64,000 nt of DNA from Eutreptiella sp. 'Long Island Sound 2002' (lineage: Eukaryota; Protista; Euglenida), in contig OZ038378.1 in assembly GCA_964036045.1 (NCBI GenBank), positions 86,800,001-86,864,000 of the forward strand, written 5' to 3'. Shown piece by piece: positions 36,570 through 48,000 of this stretch; position 1 is the stretch's first letter; each line of letters opens with the position of its first letter. The translations under genes and the position numbers were made by a program. Below the pieces are notes generated by a model, which worked only from the letters and a program-made list of their open reading frames with translations, was not told the DNA's origin and searched no databases.

Positions 36570-37438
36570 ATAGGAAGGGGGCCATTGTGGGGATGGCATA
36601 CACCACCTCTATGCCACGGTCTTGGGGGCCAACGCCTCTGACCGGCCTCAGCCATAAATGTGGTCACGAAGCCGTGGCACTGGATCACGCGCCAACGTCC
36701 GCGTGGACGCGGCGACGTAGGAGCCACCGGAGCTGGATGTGACGTACCTTCTCCGCCGCCCCTTCTCCTTTCTCCCGCCGGTGGCCTACCGGAACCAGTG
36801 CCAGGTTTCCCCCACGGAGCTGGGTGACTGGTTGCAAGATCAGGCCTCAATTCCAGCATGGGTCGGGTATGAGGCTCGGTGGGGAGTGAACTACACGCCG
36901 GGGAGTGGCCTCCACCTCCACTGGTTTGATTTGACCAACAGCGCCATATAACGGCGCAACGCATGGGCAACATCCCCACCATAATTGTCCTAGCGCACCA
37001 GCCCTCCCAATGCAACACGGTACTAGACACCATGTGCCTCCTCTGTAGAGCGCAGCCCGAAACGCCGCCCCACCTTTGGGCCTGCTCGGCCCAGTCCCAT
37101 GATCGGGGGCCGGCTCGCCGGCGGCTTGCGGAGTGGCTAGATTAGAAGGTGGGGAGACAAGCTGTGTCGGTGCGCAACCAGTGGGAGCCGGCTGTTATGG
37201 AGCAGTGGGCGGCGGCCTTGTGCACCCCCACCATGCAGTGGGCCCACATGCAGTGCTTTGGGCCCCACGTGCTGGGGACGGGGGTTCGTACGCCACGTCA
37301 TCGAGGATTCCATCAGAGTCTGGTACGCCCACGCGAAGGCGCGAGCCAGGTTCCTAAAAGCCTACCTAGGCCCCAACAGCACGATGGGTGTTACAGGAGC
37401 TGTGCTTGCAGCAACGCGCAGAGAGAGAGAGAGAGAGG

Positions 37439-37474
<36 letters not shown>

Positions 37475-37480
37475 GAGAGC

Positions 37481-37513
<33 letters not shown>

Positions 37514-37620
37514 AGAGGGGGAGAGAGAGAGCAGCTCGGGAACTTCTGGGCGGATATCAGTGGCCTGGTGGGTGCGAAGTTTCCCCTACTCCCGTCTTTC
37601 CAGCAATATCCACACAATTA
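36570..37620 (+). mobile_element. 3' fragment of a non-LTR retrotransposon with a CCHC zinc knuckle
   Basis: CLLCRAQPETPPHLWAC (C-x2-C-x8-H-x3-C) in ORF 36963-37145; degenerate coding continues across a (GA)n tract. Confidence 0.7.
37420..37531. repeat. (GA)n microsatellite embedded in the LINE fragment
   Basis: Imperfect GA run. Confidence 0.97.
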
Positions 37621-37699
37621 CACACGGCGCACACGCTAAACACACCACCCTCCCGTTTCCTTGTACCCGGGGAAGACATCCCGGCCATGGCGTGTTCGG

Positions 37700-40600
37700 A
37701 GGGCCCCCACCGCCGCCTCGGAGTCGGGCAACAATCAGTACACTCCTTCCTTCTCGGGCAACCTTCGGATGTGCGATACGAGGATCATCGCCCCCCCCTC
37801 TTGCGACGTTCCCATCCCGGGGGCCCCACCCCGGAGGCCACGGGGGTCCGGTAGGCCTCATGCCCACTCTGGGCGACCCTCACCATAGCCATGCCCGCCG
37901 GCGTGGTCCCTGCATTCAGCGCACCTATGGTTCCGCGGAGGGTCGTTAGTGCTAGCAGATCATGGAACCGGATGTGTGGCTCGTCGTTTGGGGCCAGCAC
38001 CTTTGGGGTGTCAGTGGCCAGGTCTTGGGGCGCCACGAGGGCCAAGTCCCCATGGTGCTCGCGGAGGTGGGTCTTCAGGACCACGCAGAGCTCTGTCGGC
38101 ACCGTCCCCACCGTGCTGAGCGAATACGATAGGGGCCCCTTGTTCGGGTGCCCTAGGCACCTATGTGCCACGCATTCTGTGGCGTATGTGAATTGTTCCA
38201 CCGCAACCGGAGCGATGGTTAACCATGGCCCATGGGGGCAACGCTCTGGTCACTGTTACTAGTTGGGCAGGCGGCATCTAGGCCCACCGCTACTACGCCG
38301 CGTCTGCTGCCCGGACAACCAAACAATAGTAGGCGTCCACACCCCGTGTCCTGCATCTAGCCCAAGGGACCATGATGGTGGTCGTCCCACAGTCGGGCGT
38401 GTAGAGGTGCATTGACCTGCACATGGCCACCAAGGAGGCTACCAGGAGGCGGTGCAACGTGGTATCGCTCGGCAACGCATCCGGGGGATGGCAGCGCACC
38501 CGGATCTCCGGCGTTCACTTTTCGGCCTCCATGGTGTCCTTCATGCCATCAGTTACCCCTGTGGTACACAGTCTCTATCCGGTGGGTCTTGGCCTACCGG
38601 CCCTCGATGACCGCCTCCGCAAGGGACGCTGGTACTGCGCTCCGGATCCAGTTTTTGGGAGCGGCCCGCCACCGCGGCGTGGGCGCCCGCACGAGGAGTG
38701 CCACGGCAGCACTGTGACGGCCAAGCCATTTTCTGAGGCCGGGGATACCCTTGCGGGTAGGTGCCCCGTCCTTCAGGGTCCGCTCCCCTTTAACCCGGTG
38801 GTCCGCAGTGTATAGATCCCCCAGGTGGTGGTACCCCAAAGCCTACACTGTTTCATAGATGGTGGCGGGGACGACCACTTTCATGGCGTCTCCGTACTGC
38901 GTGGTGCATGTACCGCTTGCGAACCGCACTTTTGACTCAACATGCACACGTAGGTGACTTTTGGCCCGTTTTGCCCATTTTTCCGTGCCCGTTTGCCGGT
39001 TTACCGGGTATGGACCCCTCCCCCACCATCATCCATATTGAAATGAGGGAACCTGAGCGTGCGGGTGCTCTTCCCAAGAAGGGGTGGGCCACAAGCCCGT
39101 GGCAACAGTTGCAGCTCGCCCTTTTCAAGTCGACGGCCGTCCGCTTTATCCCCGCCCCCAAAATCGTTAACTTCCTCTTTGGCGTCATATCTATGCAAGG
39201 GTCGGGAGTTGAAATCGGGGGTCAGGATCTACCCCACCACTAACCTCATCCACTGCCCCCCACGCATGTATATGATCGCCCTTAACGAGTGCTTCCCTGC
39301 TGAGCGTCCGAAGCTTGATTTTATTTTTTAAAAAATTTCAATACTTAATTCATTTCGGAATTTAAACTAAAAACCATTCTCTTTTTCTCTTCACCGGCAC
39401 ACCGCCACTGCTCCGTAGTGGGATGCCTTGGGGATTTTCCCCCGCCCACTGTGAGCTGCCCGCCATGCACCACATCCACAACATCACTCTTCCCACGCTC
39501 CATTAGATGTGTGGGTAGAGTTGGTATCGGGGATTGCCCCCCCCCCCCTTCATTACTCCCGAAAACCCTTTGCGAACCGCCCCCTTGCCGGACCTCCAGC
39601 CCCGCCTATGCAACCCCTAATCCCTTCCTTCTCCCCGACTGGAGGTACATACACCTCCAACTGAGGGGCGGGCGCCCCCATCGCCCCCGCCCTCGGCCCC
39701 TTCGGGGCCACACACTAGTATGGGGATAGTCCCCGAGCACTGGCCCGGCATCCACATGGGCAGGGACACCTCACATACCACCGCTGCAGCGTACGGATGA
39801 GGTGAGGGCACCGCGGATGGTGGATGTACTGCCCGGTGGTAAGCACGGCAGGGCGGCCCACCTCTGAGCTCTCGGTGAGTGTGGAGGGTATAGGCCTGGG
39901 ACTCGGGAAGGTCCTTCTTGGCCCAAGCACCCTGCCGGACCCATTCTTGTGCGACCGTGGTCTGCCACGAGTGCGAGGACCGGGCCAAGCCTTGGCAGCC
40001 ATGCTCCCAAGGCACCTAGAGGTCGTCCGTGTGGGCATGGCGGGAGATTCCCGTTATGTGCTTGTACCCTCTCACCATTAGGGCGTAGTTTACCACATGC
40101 ACCTTGCCCGTGGGGCCGTAGAAGCTGGCCATGGGGAGCACCTTGCTCGGCAACTCCGTCATGAGCAACATCATGCCCGCGTCCGGGGAGAGCCCCTAGG
40201 GGCGTAGGTGCTTCCACATGGCCGCCCGCACCTGCGGCAAGTTACGGGTGGCCCTGCGTGTGCCCTAGAGGTAGATGTCCGTCCCCATATATTGCTGCAG
40301 CTTATAAAGGAGGGGAGGGCACCGGGGATGGTGGATGTACTTTTCCGGGGCAAGCACGGCAGGGCGGCCCCCTCTGATCGCTTGGTGAGTTTGCAAGGTA
40401 TATATATAGGCTCGGGACTCGTGAAGGCCCTCCTTGGCCCAAGCACCTTGCCGGACCCCTTCCCGTGCGACCGTGGTCTGCCACGAGTGCGAGGACCGGG
40501 CCAAGCCCTGGCAGCCATGCTCCCAAGGCCCCTAGAGGGCGTCCGTGTGGGCATGGCGGGAGATTCCCGTCATGTGCTCCCACCCTCTCACCATTAGGGC

Positions 40601-42020
40601 GTAATTTGCCACATGCACGTGGCCTGTCGGGCCGTAGACGCTGGCCATGGGGAGCAACTTGCTCGCGAGCACCATCATGCCCACGTCCGGGGAGAGCCCC
40701 TAGGGGCGCAGTTGCTTGCACATGGCAGCCCGCACCTGCGGCAGGTTACGGGAGGCCCTGGGCGTGCCGTGGAGGTAGATGTCTGTCCCCATATACCTCA
40801 AGACCCGCGTTAATGAATCTCGGGTGCTCCGACCAACGCCTCCTCTTGTTCCTCCGAGCTATCCGTCACCCCTGCGCGGCGAGCGCAGCGGTCGCGGGCT
40901 AGAAGACGCATGCTGGATTTTGCGGTCAGGGACATCCACCCGCAGGATACCCGGCTAGTACGTCCGCTGATCCAGCAAAAGAACCTAGATGGGGTGTGTT
41001 TCGCCTCCCTCCAAGAGAATTATCGTGTCGTCCACCCACATGAGCCCCGGGAAGCGAAAGGTCTGGCCGTGTAAGCGCGGTATGTGATGTCCAGGAATCA
41101 CGGAAAAGGGAGAGCCGCCGTGGTGCCCGCATGGACCCCCTGGATGGTACCTTGGGGGGTCCCCAAGAGCTGCTCCAGGGTATTAGGCTGCCAAAGGGCT
41201 AGGGGCAGGGCATATCAGAAGCCCTCCGTGTGGGTAGCCAGCCTCCCCCACGCCCACACAGGCTCCGTGGAAAGGAGGACATCGTGGGCGACCACGTCGA
41301 AAAATTTGTGAGGTCGGTGATCAGGACGTCCACCTACCGGCGCTGAAGTGTGGCTAGCTCCAATTTCACGTGCATTGTGCGGACCAGTTCCTGTAGGGAC
41401 ACTCCCCGCATACCCCCGAAGAGGCAGGCACCCCTAGGGCCCGCTGGTATATGGCTATCGCCGGCGCATAGAAAGCCGTAGGCTCTTGCTTGGAGATGTG
41501 GGACATGATGGTGATACCCCAGAGGTTTGCCTCTTGGACCGGCTGGTCGGGGTGCTTGAGGAGCAACGTGACCCACCCACGCCTGGCCACCGTGCGGCAT
41601 ACCAGCGGGCCGCGCATGATCTGGCACAGGGTATCTTGGTGCGCCTCTGTGCGGTGACGGTACCAAGAGATGTCGATGCAGACATCCACCTCCGGTAGGT
41701 GGAGGTCCGGGCCCCGGGCCTTGCCTGATTGCACCTCCCATATGTGGTGTGGATGGTCATAGTTTGTTTTGGCCGGCAGGGCATGTTGCAGTGGGAGTTG
41801 GAAATGTTGCTGGAAGTGGGCCCGGCGTATGGGGTCATCCCTGATACGGTAGCCGTGGCCCTAGAGCCACATCCAGTTGACATATAGGGCGGACACGAGG
41901 ACCGAAGGAGCGCCTTGTTGTCCCAGGAAATTTCCGTGATATCTCGCGGGGGTCGCCGGGTACGCCGTTGGTCCTCGTGACATTTCTCCAAGGTGCGCCG
42001 CAGGTTTCGGGTCTTTTGGG
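37700..42020 (-). mobile_element. Degenerate non-LTR retrotransposon (RT domain ~40900-41750), 5'-truncated at the satellite, with unrelated sequence inserted at ~38930-39720
   Basis: Minus-strand SGKARGPD, VTLLLKHP..NLWGITIMSHISK, DLTNFFDVVAH, GTPQGTIQG and WVDD motifs. Confidence 0.85.
39765..40795. repeat. ~510-bp tandem duplication inside the LINE
   Basis: GTGCGAGGACCGGGCCAAGCC at 39971 and 40487. Confidence 0.92.
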
Positions 42021-45000
42021 GGCAGCGGGCAGTGCAACTGTTGCCCTGTCTCACTGCCTTTGGGCTGTCGGAAGTGCAACTCCTGCAATGGACTGCCGCA
42101 CAGCCTGGGGCACTGGGTAGTGGAACTCCAGCAAAGCACTGCCATACTGCCCAACGTTAGTGGGCAGTAGACCTCCTGCAATGCACTGCCCTACTGCTTC
42201 AGAGCAGTGGGCATTGGAACGGCTACAACACATTGCCTCACTGCCTAGGGGTGGTGGGCAGTGCAAGTCTTGCCATGCACCGCCACACAGCATGGGAGCA
42301 ATGGGCCGTGCCACTCTTGCACTGCACTGCCTCGCTGCCTTGGGGCAATGGGTAGTCTAACTCCTGCAATGCACTGGCGCACTACCTAGGGAACTTTGTA
42401 GTGGAACTCACACAACGCAGTGCATTGCCCACAGCAGTTGGCAATACAACTGCCGCAATGCACTGCCGCACTGCCTCGGCGCAGTGACCATTGCAACGCC
42501 TACAACACACTGCCTCACTGCCTAGGGGCATTGGGCACCGGAACTCCTGCCATGGACCGACACACAATGTAGGGGCAGTGGGCCTTTTAACTCTTGCAAT
42601 GCACTGCCGCACTGCCCGAGGGCCGTGGGCAGTGCAACTCCTGCAACACAGTGCCTCAGTGCCAGGGGGCAGTGGGCAGTGCAACTCTTGCAACGCAATG
42701 CCTCACTGCCGGGGGGTAGTTGGCAGTACACCTGCTGCAATGCGCTGCATCACTGTGGGGGGGGCAGTGCGCAGTGGAACTCTATCATGCCCCGCAACGC
42801 TGCGCGGGTGCAGTGGGCAGTGCAACTCTTTCAATGCACGACCTCACTGCCTAGGGCAGTGGGCCCTTCAACACTGCCTCACTCCCTTGGGGCAGTGGGC
42901 AGTGCAACTCCCGTCATGTACTGTCACACTGGGCAGTGGAACTCGTGCAATGCACTGCCACACTCCCTAGGGGCATTGGGCTGTTGAACTCCCTACAACG
43001 CACTGCCTCACTGCCTCGGGGCAATGGGCAATCCAACTCTTGGCATGCACTGGCACACTGCTGCGGGGCAATGTGGTCAGTGCAACTCGTGCAATGCACC
43101 GCCTCACTGCCTGCGGGCAGTGGGCGGTGCCACGCCTCCAATACACTTTCTCACTGTTGGGGGAAGTGGGCACTGGAACTGCTGCAATACACTGTCTCAC
43201 TAACGGGGGGGGGGGGGGCAGTTGGCAGTGGAACTCCTACAATGCACTGCCACAATGCCTCGGGGCAGTGGGTAGTGCAACTCCTGCAATGCACTGCCTT
43301 GCTGCTAGGGGACAGTGGGCTGTGGAACTCCTGTCATGCAGTGTGACAGTGTCCAAGGGCAGTGGGCATCGCAACTCCTCCCATGCTCTGCCTCGCGGCC
43401 TCGGGGCAGTGGGCAATGGAACTCGTGCAATGCAGTGCTTCACTGCCCGGGGGCACTGAGCACTGGAACTCCTGCAAAGCATTGCCTCACTGCCCGGGGC
43501 CAAGCGGGAGTGGAACTCCTGTCATGCATGGCCACATTGCCCAAGGGCACTTGGCACTACAACCTTTGTAATGCACTCCCTCACTATCTTGGGGCAGTCG
43601 GCGGTACAACCCCTACAATGCACTGCCTAGGAGCAATGGGTAGTGGAATTCCTGTCATGCACTGCCACAGTGCCCACGGGCAGTGGGCTGTGCAACTCCC
43701 ACAATGCATTGTCTTATTGCCCAGGGGGAGTGTGTAGTGGAACTGGTGCAATGCATTGCCTCACTGCCAAGGGGCTGTGTGGAGTGGAGTCTGCAATCCA
43801 GTGGCTCATTGCTTGCCGGCAGTGGGCAGTGGAACTCCTGCAATGCACCGCCTCGTTAATTGGGGACAGTGGGCGGTGAAACCCTTGCAATGCACCGCCA
43901 CACCACCCGGGGGCAACGGGCCGTGCGACCCCTGCAATGCACTACTTCACTGCTTAGGGGTATTGACCACTGGAACAATTGCAATGCATTGCTTCACTAC
44001 CTGCGGGCAATCGGCAGTGGAACTGCTGCACCCTCACTATGCGGGGGCAGTGGGCAATGGTGTTTGTGCAATTGACCGCCTCAGTGCCTCGAGCAATGGC
44101 AAGTGAAACTCCTGCAATGCACAGCCACATTTCTTAGGGGCAGTGGGTAGTGGAACTCTTGTCATGCACTGCCCCACTGCCTGGGGGCAGTGGGCAGTGC
44201 AATTTCTGCAATGTACTGCCTCACTACCGAAGGGCACTAGGCAGTGGAACTCCCGCACCACACTGCCACTTTGCTTGGGGGCATTGGGCAGTGGAACCCC
44301 TACAATGAATGGCCTCAGTGCTTGGGAACAGTGGGTAGTGGAACTCGTGTCAGGCAGTGCCCTACTGCCTGGGGTCATTGGGCACCGCACCTCCTGCAAT
44401 GCACTGCCTCACTGCCTGGGGGCAGTGTGCAGTGCAACTCGTACAATGCAGTACCACACTGCCCTTGGGCAGTGGGCATTTCCACTCTTGCAATGCACTC
44501 CCTCACTGCCTCACGGCAGTGGGCAATGCAACTGGTGCTATGCAGTACCACATTGCCCTCGGGCAGTGGGCGGTTGGACTCTTGCAACGCACTCTCTCAC
44601 TGCCTAGGGGCAGTGGGCAGCGCAACTCGTGCAATGCAGTGCCACACTGCACGAGGGCAGTATGTAGTGAAGTGCGTGCAATGCGCGGGCCCACCAGCTT
44701 GGGGGACCGGGAGTCCTGCCTACGGTGGCGGGCGCCGCCTAGAGAGCGTTTGCGGGGCATGGCAACACCCATGGGCGCAGCCGGTGGGACAGGGAGTCAC
44801 GCCTAGGAGGCGGCCGCTGCCTGCAGAATGTGTGCGGGGGATAGCAGCCCCCATAGCCGCGGGCCCACCAGACGGCCGGACGGGGAGGCCTTCCCAAAAG
44901 GCGGTCTCCGCCTAAGGAGCGCCTGCGGGGAACGGCAGCCCCCATCGGTGCGGGGCCGCAAGCTTGGGGGACGGAGTCCTGCCCAGGAGGCGGTCGGGGT

Positions 45001-48000
45001 CTATGGAGGGCATGCGCGGGACAGCTGCTCCCAATGGCGCGAGCCCACACGCTGAGCGGACGGGAACTACTTCCAAGGCGATGGTTGGCGGGCCTTATAC
45101 CTTACCTCCAAGGATATTTAGTACCTTTACCAACGCGTCCCATGGGACGGGTGCCCACACGGGCTGGGCAAAATTGACATGTTTCCAAAACGATGGAAAT
45201 ACATTCATGTGCCCCTAAACGCGATTCGGCACTAGGTGGCGAGTGTGCATGGGCGTTGTGGCGTGGAACCGCTCCGCTAGCGGGGCCACATTGCCCGTTC
45301 CCGGGGGTGTGGGGACCTGTGCCCCGTTGTGGGAGGCATTTTAGCTGCCACCTGGCAGCATGGATGGTGGTTCCGCCGTAACGTTTGCACACTCTTACCC
45401 TTGCTTACCTACGTACACACCCCAGTTACGCTTCCGGTCCCGCCGCGTCGCCGAAGGCCCAGTTTCAGGGCCTCCATGTTGCTGGTTGCCAAACCCAGGG
45501 GCGGGGCACAGGGGCACGGGAGGAGGGTGACATGGAGGGTTGCGGCATAGGGGGCGTACACTGGTGGAGGTAGGCGGAAGGGGGGCGCTTGGCGCGGCGG
45601 AGGCGCATGCTAGAGCTTTGTAGAGGCCGATGTGTGCCGCAGGGGCACCATGGGTGAGAGGGGGGGAGTCTGGTTAAACGTCCTCGCAAGGGGTTGCTGA
45701 CCGTTCTTGGAGCATTGGCGGCCGGTACTAGGGGGCGGCGGGCTCTACGGGGGTGATGTTTGGAATGGGGCGTGCGCACACCTGACACTATTAGTACAGT
45801 GCCATAGGGTGGTGCTCGGGTCGGGCCCTGTCGTGCAGGGGGTCGCAGCCGGCACCCAGCCCATGGGTAGAGTTACGGAGTACTCAGGTTTTGTTGTGGT
45901 GTGTTGTGGTCTCGTGAGGTGTGAAGTGGTGTCATTCCGTGTGCCGAAGGCGCTGTTGCCAGGAGGCAATGGCCGGGATGTCTACCTACACGTATAGGTA
46001 AACGGGAGGACTGTGTGTCCAAGTGCGCGATGTGTGCTAGTTTGTTGTTGTACAGCCGGACTAGTGCACAGTTGCACTTGGCTAGTATGGCTGTGCCGAC
46101 GTTTGTGTACAGTCACACGGCGTCTAGTAGACCCAATGCACCGTGTTTGCCGCCTGCATCATTAGTTCTTTTTGTGTGGTGCCGCAGTGCTTGGTGGTTT
46201 GCACTACACCTGGCACGTGTGTGCCCTCCTGCACTGCACTTGTGGGCAAAGGCTAGTGGGCAGTGGAACCCTTGCAACCCAATGAACACACTATCGGGAG
46301 GCTATGGGCAGTGCAACTCCCGCTATGCATTGCCTCACTTCCTGTGTAGTGGGCGGTGGAGCTCTTGCACTGCACGGCCGCACTGCCTAGGGGCAATAGG
46401 CAGTTGAACTCCTGCAATGCAATGCCTCACTTCCTGGGGCCAACAGGTAGTGCAATTGCTGCCATACACCGCCTCACTGCCTGGGGGTAGTTGGCGGTGC
46501 AGCTCCAGCTATGCACTGCCACACCGTCTAGGCGCGGTGGGAAGTGAAATTTTTGCAATGCAGTGTCACTCTGCCTATAGGTAGTGGGCATTGGAACTCC
46601 TGCAATGTACTGCCTTACTACCTGGGGGCAGTGGGCAGTGCAACTCTTTCAATGCACGGCCTCACTGCCTGGGGGTAGTGGGCAGTGGCAAGCCTGCAAT
46701 GCACTGTGTCATTGCCTTGTGGCAGTGGGCATTAGAACTCATGCAATGCATTGCCAGTGGAACTCTTGCAATACACTGCCTCACTGCTTTGGGGTAGTGG
46801 GCTGTGCAACTCCAGCAGTGCACCGCCTCACTGCCGTTCCGCATTGGGCAGTGCAACTCGTGCAATCTGCGGCCCCACTAGCCTAGGGGATAGGGAGTCC
46901 TGCCTAGGGCGGCGCTCACCGCCTAGAGAGCGACTGCGGGGGTGGCAACCCCGAAGCGCGTGGGGCCAGCAGCCAATGGGACGGTGAGTCCTGCCTAGGA
47001 GGCGGTTTTTGCCTTCAGAATGCACGCGGGGGATAGCAGGCCCGGGGCCTTCGGCAACGCGGCGGGACCGGAACGCGTATGTGGGGTGTGTGAGTAGGTG
47101 AGGGAGGGTAACAGTGTGCAAACGTTATGGCGGAACAACCACACATGCTGCAAAGTGGCGGCTACAATGCCTCCCACAACCGGGCAAGGGTCCCCACAAC
47201 CCCCCGCAACGGGTCGCGTGGCCCCGGTAGTGGAGCGTGTCTAGGCCAAAACGCCCATGCACGCTCGCCACCTGGTGCCTAATTTCGCTTGGCTGCACAG
47301 GAATGTATTTCCATGGTTTCAGAAACATTCTAATTTTGCCCAGCCCTTGTGGGTACCCGTCCCGTTGGACACGGTGGTAAAACTAAATATCCTTTGAGGT
47401 AAGGTATAAGGCCCACCGACCACCACCTTGGCAGTACTCCCCGTCCTGCCAGCGTGTGCACTTGCGCTATTGGGGGCACCTAGCTCTCCCCCACATGCGC
47501 TCCGTAGGCCGCGACCGCCTCCAAGGCAAGTTTCCCCGTCCCGCAAACTGGCGGGCCCGCGCCGATGGGGCCCGCCTTTCCCCGCACGCCCTCCTTAGGT
47601 GGCAACCGCCTCCTCGGCAGGACTCTCCGTCCCGCCGGCTGGTGGGCTCGCGGCTATGGCGGCTGCTCTCCCTCGCGCGCATTCTATAGGCAGTGACCGC
47701 GTCCTAGGCAAGACTCCCCGTCCCACCGGCTGCTAGCCCCTCGCCAATGGGGGTTGCCACCCCTTGTAGACGCTCTGTAGGCGGCGACCGTCGCGCTAGG
47801 CAAGACTCCCTGTCCCCCCGGCTCGTGGGCACGGGAGTACTCAGGTTTTGTTGTGGTGTGTTGTGGTCTCTTGAGCTGTGAAGTGGTGTTGTTCGCTGTG
47901 CCGTAGGCGCTGTTACCAGAAGGCAACGACCGGGATGTCCGGTAAACAGGATGGCTGTGTGTCTACGTGCGCACCATGTGGTGGTTTGTGTTTGTACAGC

